Origin: an uncultured delta proteobacterium | GTDB taxonomy: Bacteria; Desulfobacterota; Binatia; UBA9968 | Assembly: GCA_963847445.1 (NCBI GenBank) | Contig: CAWJZV010000046.1 | Coordinates: 288,001-352,000 of the forward strand | Length of the DNA: 64,000 nt | Reading direction: 5' to 3' | In this document: piece after piece, positions 56,529 to 64,000 of the stretch | Position numbering within the stretch: position 1 is the first letter of the stretch | How the letters are laid out: every line of letters starts with the position of its first letter | Made by a program: the position numbers and the translations under genes | Notes under the pieces: generated by a model | What the model was told of the DNA's origin: nothing | Database searches by the model: none | The model's input: only the letters and a program-made list of their open reading frames with translations

Positions 56529-56685
56529 TCGGAGATTTGGCCGCAAAGAACGCAAAGTTCGCAAGTCACCACGAAGTGCACGAAGATCACGAAGGTGAGG
56601 ACTAATTGATTCCGAACTTCGTGTCCGTCGTGCCTTCGCGGTGACGAGGAATTTGCGTGATCAGAGCAATCTGGTGAAAGGCAAT

Positions 56686-57862
56686 ATGGCAGGAACAACT
56701 TTTACTTTTAACAATCCCCATGTCGAGCGGGTGATCTCGGGGCAGGGCTCGTTGGGCAAGTTGGCGCGAGGAAGTCGAGCGGCTGGGCGGCACGCGGGCG
56801 CTGGTGTTGATCTCGCCGTCGGTGGCGAAGACCTTTCTCTTGGACAAGGTTAAAGCCGGGCTCGGCGGTAAATGCGTGGCGGTGTTCGATCAGGTGAAGC
56901 CGCATTCGCCGACGGAGTCGATCGAAAAGGCGGTGGAGCTGGCGCGGGGTGCGAAGATCGACATTCTGGTCAGCGTCGGCGGTGGCAGCGCCATCGACAC
57001 CGGCAAGGGCGTGGCGGCGCTGTTGGCCGAGGGCGGTGCGCTGCCGCGTTTCGGTGTGCGCTTCACGCCGCCGAACAAAAAAGAAGTGCCGCCCATGCCG
57101 GCGCCGAAAATCCCTCACATCGCGATTCCGACGACTCTCTCCGGCGGCGAGTACAGTTACTCCGCCGGCATCACCGAGGGCGGCAAGAAATTCATCGTCG
57201 CCGATCCCAAGCTGGCACCGAAGACGGTGCTGCTCGATCCCGAAGCGGCGGCGACCGCGCCCGGCCGTTTGCTGGCGGCGTCGGGCATGAATTCGCTGGC
57301 GCACTGCGTCGAAGCGGTTTATTCCACTGAGACCCAGCCGCTGACGGAGGCGTATTGTCTTACCGGTATCGGTTTGCTCGCGCGTTACCTGCCGCGGGCG
57401 GTGGCGGATTCATCGCTGATCTCGAAGCGCTCAGCCATGTCCAGGTGGCGGCGTGTTTGTCCGGCATGGGTGTTTACAGCGCCTGGACCGGCATCCATCA
57501 CGCCATCGTCCATGTCATCGGCGGGCGCTACAAAGCGCCGCACGCGGAAATTCACGCCTTGATGTTGCCCTACGGCATGCGCTGGAATTTGGATGTGGTC
57601 GCAGCGCCATTACCTGCGGATGGCGCGGGAGATCGGCATCGAAGCCGCGAACGAAAAGGAATTGGCCGCCGCCGTGCCGGAATACGTCTACGGCATGAAT
57701 CAAAAAATGGGCCTGCCGCTCAAGCTGCGCGATCTCGGCGTGCCGCGCGATGGCTTGAAGCAGTTGTCGGTGGATACGCTGGGCGATTACAGCATTCACA
57801 CCAATCCCAAACCGGTGCGCAACGCGGAACAGGTGCTCGAGGTGCTGGAAGCGGCGTGGTGA
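56686..57862 (+). CDS. Iron-containing alcohol dehydrogenase family protein (frameshifted)
   Basis: GGGSAIDTGK; IPTTLSGGE; LAHCVE; HHAIVH; HAE. Confidence 0.9.
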
Positions 57863-58077
57863 GGTGAATGGATTTGTTTTTATCTCTCGCAAAGGCGCAG
57901 TACCGATGGTACGTCACGCCGGTGAAAACCGGCTCCGTCTTCGTTGCGAATTAGCGGCGGAAAATCCTGCATACCTGCCCTCGCCCGGATCAGGTACCGG
58001 GGCGATGCTCTAGCCGGTAAGACGAAGAGAGCTCCGCGATGCCAGCTAATCTGAATGTTCTGGGTATGCACCTCCAC

Positions 58078-59274
58078 ATGACTCCTCAAGAAGCGATCAA
58101 GATCGTCAATCAGTTCGCCAACGATGACGAGATCGACAGTCTGCTCGTCGACCTGCTCCGCGCGCCGTCGCCGCAGACGGAACTTCAGGAAGCCGATCCC
58201 AATCTGAAAAAGTTCGTCGCTGGCTTCGTTGCGCCGCGGTTGGAAATGCTGACCGGAAGCGCAGCGGCGCTCGACGGCATGGGCAATTTGTTGTGGCAGT
58301 CTGGTGCGAATACCGGCGAGCCGGGCTTGCTGCTCATGGGTTACGCCATGACGTTTCCGGCGGGCGGCATGAAAGAGCCGTTCTCGGGCGCGATCGTCGA
58401 CGGCGCGCCGTTCGGCATTGCCGGCAACTGTGCGATGGGCCGCGGCGCCTGCGAGCAGAAGGGCGCGTTGGCGGCGATGATGTATGCGGCGGCGATCGTC
58501 GCGCGATCCGCAGGTGAAAGCTGCGCGCGCCGTTGTATCTCGCCGTCAGTTTAGCCGGCGAGACTGGCCGTCATGATGCGGCTAAATTTATTCTTGAAAA
58601 TAATCGGATTACCGCTAAAGCCGGCATCGTCGGTTTGGGAACGGCCAATCGCATCTGCCTCGGCAACAAAGGCCGGATCGATGTCGAGATCACCGTGCGC
58701 GGGAAGTCAGCGCATAGCAGCATGCCCTGGGACGGCATCAACGCCGTCGACGGCGCGCGCAAAGTGTTGGAGCGTCTCGATCGACTGAATCTCGGTCGCT
58801 GAGCATCCAGGTCTGGGCAAAGCGACGTTGACGGTGACGCAGATCAAGAGCGCGCCGGATATCAGCCACACGGTTCCGGACACTTGCCGGATCACACTCG
58901 ACCGGCGGCTGCTGCCGGGTGACGATCCGGACGTCGCATTGCGTGACATTCAAGATGCCGTGGCGGATTTGCCGCCGTGGTCGGTCGAAGTCACACGCGG
59001 CGCGTTTATGTATCCGTCCGAGGTTGGCGCCGATTGTGCCGTTGCAGCAGCCGTGCGCCGCGCTAGTCGCGCATTGAAAGGACAAGACGGCGAAGTCTTT
59101 TATTCACCAGCGGCATTGGATGCTGGTTATCTCAATCAGCGCGGCATCGAGACGATCATGTTCGGGCCGGGCGATCTGCGCTTTGCCCACACCGATGAGG
59201 AAGTTGTGTCGTTGCAGGAAGTGCGCGACGCGGCACGGATTTATGCAGCGACGGCGTTGGAGTTGCTAGCGTAG
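58078..59274 (+). CDS. M20 peptidase/ArgE-DapE-like hydrolase (frameshifted)
   Basis: GRGACEQKG; GKSAHSS; DRRLLPG; FGPG; AHTDEE. Confidence 0.88.
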
Positions 59275-59342
59275 CTAATGTGATATCCGAGCAGGGGGAC
59301 TGCAATTAAGGGAAACTTTTAGGCATTGAGATCGATCATAAC

Positions 59343-59435
59343 GCCCAACGATGCGCTTGAGTGGTGGCGGTGGAGCGGCGCGACAAGGTGCCGCAAGCTC
59401 GCTCACGGTCGTCCGCTTTCAAGCGCTGGTTCGGT
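59343..59435 (-). mobile_element. Integron attC site (93 bp) downstream of the TA pair
   Basis: Minus strand ACCGAAC-CAGCG-CTTGAAAG...CTCAAG-CGCATC-GTTGGGC: 5/6-bp spacers, paired L boxes, G-T wobbles and bulged T on the opposite strand. Confidence 0.65.
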
Positions 59436-59444
59436 CACAACAGC

Positions 59445-59803
59445 CTAAGCGACCTGGGCGAGTGCAACGAGGATCTCGATTGATTCAAACGGCACAGCAG
59501 ACCGTACCGATTTTCTTCGGAACGCTCCACCAGACCGAGCTCCAGCAAGCGCGACACGTCGGTGTGCACATTGGAATAGTTGCGCTCCGCCGCCTTGGCG
59601 AGTGCGTAGACAGTGCAAGGGCCGACGCGACGCAGCACATCTAGCAGGTCAAGCCGCGCGGGAGTGAGTTCAGCAAAAAGCGAACGCGCTGACTCAAAAC
59701 TCAAATGTAAATCGGGCGAGCGACCTTGCCCGGCACCGGCAATCTGCTGTGCAACAGACCGAAAAATTGAACCCTTGCGGGCTATCTCGATTATCGCCTT
59801 CAT
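59445..59803 (-). CDS. HTH antitoxin (HVO_A0114-like), 3' frameshift
   Basis: LSFES..LFAELTPARLDLL...TVYALAKAAERNYSNVHTDVSRLLELGLV. Confidence 0.85.
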
Positions 59804-59806
59804 AAG

Positions 59807-60085
59807 TTACCTCCAGCCCTCGACATCGAACCTAAAGTCTTCGAGCAGTTGCTCTACTGTGGTGAAGACGTAGTCTTCCTCTCGCTCTCCAATATGCCGG
59901 TGGTCCCCCTTGCCGTGTTCGTTGTCGTACCGAATCCGGCTGGATCCGGCTGCGCCGTAGAACAAGCGGTACTTGTACCGGTGAGTACTCGGCGGCAGCG
60001 GTTCGGGTAGTTCCCAGATGACGATCTCAATAATCGAACCGTCGTCGCGGAATTCCTTAGCGTGGGCGAGGAGGACCGCTGGCAT
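59807..60085 (-). CDS. DUF6516/TumE-family toxin
   Basis: IEIVIWELP; HRYKYRLFYG; RYDNEHGKGDHRH; LLEDF. Confidence 0.85.
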   Translation of the reverse strand: MPAVLLAHAKEFRDDGSIIEIVIWELPEPLPPSTHRYKYRLFYGAAGSSRIRYDNEHGKGDHRHIGEREEDYVFTTVEQLLEDFRFDVEGWR

Positions 60086-60196
60086 GTATTGCACCGTAGC
60101 AATATACGTGTACCGCGTCTACTAGGAGCCCGACTACCAGTAGACGGATTAGCTTTTTTCCATATTAAAATCTGCAAGCGAGGCCGCAAATATGGT

Positions 60197-60495
60197 CGCC
60201 GTGGTCGGTAGAAGTCACACGCGGCGCGTTTATGTACCCGTCCGAGGTTGGCGCCGATTGTGCCGTTGCAGCGGCCGTGCGCCGCGCTAGTCGCGCATTG
60301 AAAGGGCAAGACGGCGAAGTCTTTTATTCACCAGCGGCGCTGGATGCGGGTTATCTCAATCAGCGCGGCATTGAGACGATTATGTTCCGACCGGGCGATC
60401 TGCGCTTTGCCCACACCGATGAGGAAGTTGTGTCGATGCAGGAAGTTCGCGACGCGGCGCGAGTCTATGCTGCGAGCAGCGCTTGAGGTGCTAGC
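60197..60495 (+). repeat. Direct duplicate of the M20 gene 3' end (58973-59270)
   Basis: ~300-bp alignment with mostly third-position differences. Confidence 0.95.
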
Positions 60496-60616
60496 TAAGG
60501 TGAATACGGCATTGGCGAGGTTTATTCAAGTACATTCACGCCTGACGCTATCGGCTTCCTGATCGGCGCTGGACTTCGAGTGCTTGCCAGTTAAATCCGG
60601 CAACGGCAGATTATTG

Positions 60617-61566
60617 ATCTAGCAACGCCTGAACGCTAAGGCCGTCGTATGGCCAGCAGAGTTAGATGTTGACTCGACCAATGTCTGAATGTGCTTAGCT
60701 GACACCAGCTCGGAGATTAGGCCATGATGTATCAACCTCGCGAAGTTGCACGAGTGTCGGTTCTTGATCCATTCCCAAGCGATCCTTGAGGAGCATTCCT
60801 TGCCACGCTTAAGAGAGGTCTGACCTTTAGGACCAGATGGGTGGGACGGGTATCCCGTGCATTCTGTGCTACTGACGTGAAGTGGTCGGATAGTGTGCGT
60901 GCGCTCTATGTCACGTCCCGCATCTCTGTTCACAGCTCTCAATGTGGTGCCATGCAGCGTAGGATACTGCGTGCGTGTTTGACATCAATTCGTCTGCAAA
61001 GTCGCGGGCTAAGGTAGGTCTGTTCTACCGGTCAAAGTACGTGAATATACGGTATCTGCAATGGCATTCATCACCTTGCCGCAGTCTTGTAGTCCGCGGA
61101 CCAGCAACAGGTGGCTCGTTTTTCGGATGCAGTCAAGAGCTTGTGCCGCAAGGACTCGCCCTCAATTTGCACGGTCCGCTGAACCCATACATAATTCTGA
61201 CGGGTTCAGATCTTCTTAAGGCGCTGAATGTGAGTGTCTGGACCAAAGATTCGGCTGTGCCGTGACTGTGCTTCGCATGCAAAGAGGATGGCGTACCGAA
61301 TATTCAGCGACGGTGGGGAATCCGGCTGCGAATGCAAGAAGGCCGATGATTTTGCTGCAGACAGTTGTCGATGTCGGGCAATAGTGCGACGAGAAGCTGA
61401 AGCTAGCTCTCTTAACGTCAACAACATGAAAACAAGGTAAGGCCGGAATCCGTACTTATCGCTCAGTTCTGGTAAACCAAGTCCTGCGCGGACTTCATCC
61501 AGTCGAGTGGATTAAATGGGTTTGCGCATTGGGCGAGGAACTTCGAATTGAAAACAACAATCTAAC
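60617..61566 (-). mobile_element. Putative second gene cassette carrying a decayed ORF
   Basis: Minus strand starts GTTAGAT (61566-61560) and has the complementary ATCTAAC (60667-60661) followed by an imperfect hairpin. Confidence 0.4.
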
Positions 61567-61656
61567 AATATCGCGACCTCACCCCTTGTCGGTTGCCCTG
61601 CGCGAAGAGGGCCTAGGCGATGACAACTTGTTCCCTACAATTCACGCGTCAACATA

Positions 61657-62478
61657 CTACGCCGAGATTTCGAACGTCAGCAGTTGCCGCGCCGCCTTGT
61701 GATACGCTTCGGCGCAGGCGGCTTCGGTTTTTTCCGCTGGCGGGGCGACGATGCGGGCGCGGGCGGAGACTTTTAGCGGGCTGATGTCCCAGGGGTAGGG
61801 ATCGAAGATCACCGAGCCGGGGCCGTTGGGTTTGATCGTTAACGTTACGGTTTCGTCGCTGTCGTAGGAAACCCGCACGGGAGCGATTTTATATTCCTTG
61901 AATTCATTTTCGTTGGCGTAGCCGTCGCAGCAGAAGTAGAGCGACAACAAATCGAAGACTTGCAGCGCCATGTAGTTGTAGGCGAGCTCGTTCTCGAATC
62001 CCGGCTCCAATTCCATCAGTTTGCGCTTGATCTCGGCTTGCTGGCTCTCCATCTTGATTTTGGCGTCCTTGACCGCTGCGCTGCGCTCGCGCACGCGTCC
62101 CGCTGGTTCCGTTAAAATATTGTAGCGGTTGTGCCACAAGCCGGTGCGGTGCATGGAGACGATCAAAGCCGCGTAGGGATCTTGCGCGTGCAGCCATTCG
62201 ACGTTCTTCGAATACGCTTTGAGTTCCGTCGCTTCGAAGTTGGGCACCTCTTCGCGGTGCGCGTAGGGGCGGCCTTTGGCGACGTTCATCGGCGGGTTGC
62301 CTTCGAATTCGCGGTAGCCGCTGTCGTGATAGGTGGTCGCGAACACCATGGTGTCGTAGGGACGCAGTTTGGAGAAACGAGTGTTGCCCCAGTGGGCGGC
62401 GAACTGCGCCGCTAGTTCAGCGTGATCTTCTTGCAGGCTGACATACGAACGGCCGTCTTTGAGTTCTCGGATAACCAT
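61657..62478 (-). CDS. DUF3891 family protein
   Basis: QEDHAELAAQFAAHWGN; HDSG; DPYAALIVSMH; LQVFDLLSLYFC; DPYP. Confidence 0.85.
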   Translation of the reverse strand: MVIRELKDGRSYVSLQEDHAELAAQFAAHWGNTRFSKLRPYDTMVFATTYHDSGYREFEGNPPMNVAKGRPYAHREEVPNFEATELKAYSKNVEWLHAQDPYAALIVSMHRTGLWHNRYNILTEPAGRVRERSAAVKDAKIKMESQQAEIKRKLMELEPGFENELAYNYMALQVFDLLSLYFCCDGYANENEFKEYKIAPVRVSYDSDETVTLTIKPNGPGSVIFDPYPWDISPLKVSARARIVAPPAEKTEAACAEAYHKAARQLLTFEISA

Positions 62479-62774
62479 ATGCGTTCCTCCTCTGTGTTCC
62501 GATAGTGTAGGGGCGAGCAATTTTTCGACCCCAGAATTGGACCATGCCATAGTCGGCGTTGTGATTACAAATTCGATTTTTCCGATTACTGGGAAGATGT
62601 TTTCACCACGGGAACTCGCACGGTCTTTCGACGGCACTGAGTCATCGGCACAGGCCGGAAGGGCGAGCGGAAGTTCCAGAGACGGAGTTTCCTTCGAGAT
62701 CATCCTGCAGTATTTCGGGAGGAACGAAGCCGATTGGGCGAAGCCTTCCTGCTACTATCCGTGATACATTTGGC

Positions 62775-62899
62775 GCGGCTTGGGCAAAGCCTCTCGATGC
62801 GCCAAATCCGAGAGGGCGGGTTTCAACCCCGCCCCTACGACTCCCAATTCTTTTTTGCGCCCTTTGCGTTCTTTGCGGCCATTCTTCTTTTCGGTTGCG
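62775..62899. repeat. ~130-bp composite MITE-like repeat, copy 3
   Basis: Matches 20768-20903. Confidence 0.85.
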
Positions 62900-62916
62900 T
62901 GGAACCACAAATTCAT

Positions 62917-63967
62917 TTACAGCGTTCTTGGCACTTCAACTTTCAATTCTGCTGCAAGCTCAGTGAGATTGGCCCAAGTGCCTGCTTCGACTTCGACGCC
63001 ATGCTGGCGATTGTGCGCTTCGCGTTTCTTGCCCGACTCTCCCGGCAAAAGGATTTCGCTAAATCCCGGCGCGCACTTCGTCGATTTTATGAATGCGATG
63101 AGCTCGTCGACTTTGTCGTAAAAGGTTTCTAATTCTTGAAATTCTTCGACGGCGATGGCCTGGAGAAACAGTCCGTTGACGCCGTGGCCGCGGTTGTCCC
63201 AGTATTGTTTGCCCAGGCCGTTGCCGGAAAGCAGGCCGCCGAGGACTTCGGTGATCAGCGCCAGGCCCGAACCTTTGTAGCCGCCGAAGGCCAGGAACAC
63301 GCCGCGCGGCGGGCCGCGGAAGGTTTTGAAATCGGTGGTCGGGTTGCCGTGGCCGTCGAGCATGACGCCTTCGGGGATTTTTTCTTTGTTGCGGATGCGT
63401 TTCTGAATCTCGCCCATGCTCATGGACGCGGTGGCGAAATCGAGAATGATCTGACGGCCGCCGCGCGCCGGAATGCCGAACGCCATCGGGTTGGTGCCGG
63501 TGATCGGCTGCATGCCGCCGTAGAGCGCGGTGACCGCCGAGCCGACGCTGGCGGCGGCGATGCCGATCATGCCGCGGTCGGTGGCCATCTCCATGTAGTC
63601 GGCGAGCCGTCCGGTGTGGCCGGCGCGGCGCAGGCAGACGATGCCGGCGCCATGGGTATTTGGCCTTCTCGATCGCCAGCTCCATGGCGAAGTGGGCGGC
63701 GACTTGACCGATGTAATGTTTGCCGTCGACCACCGCGGTGATCTTGCCTTCGCGCTCGATGGCCGGCTTGTCTTTGATCTGATAGGTGCCGTCTTTGATC
63801 CAATTCAAATAGGGATTGACGCGAATCACGCCGTGGCCGGCGTAGCCGCGCAGCTCGCCGCGCACCAGCAGTTCAGCGACCAGATCGGCGTCGTCTTTCG
63901 CCATGCCGCCGGTGGAAAGAAGTTGGTTGCAGAAGCTGAGAAGTTGTTGGTGATCGATTTTGGGCAC
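62917..63967 (-). CDS. Ldh_2 family (malate/lactate/ureidoglycolate-type) oxidoreductase (frameshift)
   Basis: LRGYAGHG; HTGRLADY; GTNPMAFG; DFATA; FGGYKGSGL; LPGE. Confidence 0.92.
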
Positions 63968-64000
63968 TGGGTGTCCTGACTTCTAAGGAAAATGCGATTC

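Noticed and set aside
61570-61640. Possible attC or attI upstream of the second cassette
   Set aside because: It looks more like a decayed GTAG REP doublet, and the box spacing is wrong.
62480-62770. Riboswitch or ncRNA upstream of DUF3891, or the longer 348-aa start
   Set aside because: No recognisable riboswitch motif; a good RBS supports the 62478 start.
4118-63967. Frequent frameshifts read as programmed frameshifting or mass pseudogenisation
   Set aside because: Scattered single-base indels, including in housekeeping genes such as xth, with no shared slippery motif; best explained by long-read error.
70-63979. Long antisense or alternate-frame ORFs (e.g. 18592-19617, 33619-34557, 42452-43645)
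   Set aside because: Shadows of GC-rich real genes with no recognisable motifs.

Overview
This is a GC-rich bacterial window. Its gene content (many stand-alone NMT1/SsuA-like, TctC/Bug and other solute-binding proteins, CoA transferases, crotonases, a Rieske oxygenase, an amidohydrolase, an LLM oxidoreductase) resembles Candidatus Binatia-type genomes; that taxonomy is an inference. Many genes carry 1-3 single-base frameshifts, most likely uncorrected long-read errors. Accessory DNA includes an Rhs protein with a downstream secreted protein, a wHTH-ATPase-TPR regulator with a divergent rhodanese, an EVE-domain nuclease, three toxin-antitoxin loci and a GxxExxY gene. Two non-genic signals stand out. 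(1) Many intergenic gaps hold elements built from 7-, 8- or 9-bp tandem units arranged as inverted arms, and one pair of 9-bp-unit arms exactly brackets the GxxExxY nuclease-like gene, suggesting an autonomous element with non-autonomous derivatives. (2) At 59.0-61.6 kb, integron-like cassettes (one good attC, one degenerate, no integrase in the window) are interleaved with a ~300-bp duplication of the 3' end of an M20 peptidase gene. No rRNA, tRNA or CRISPR array was seen.
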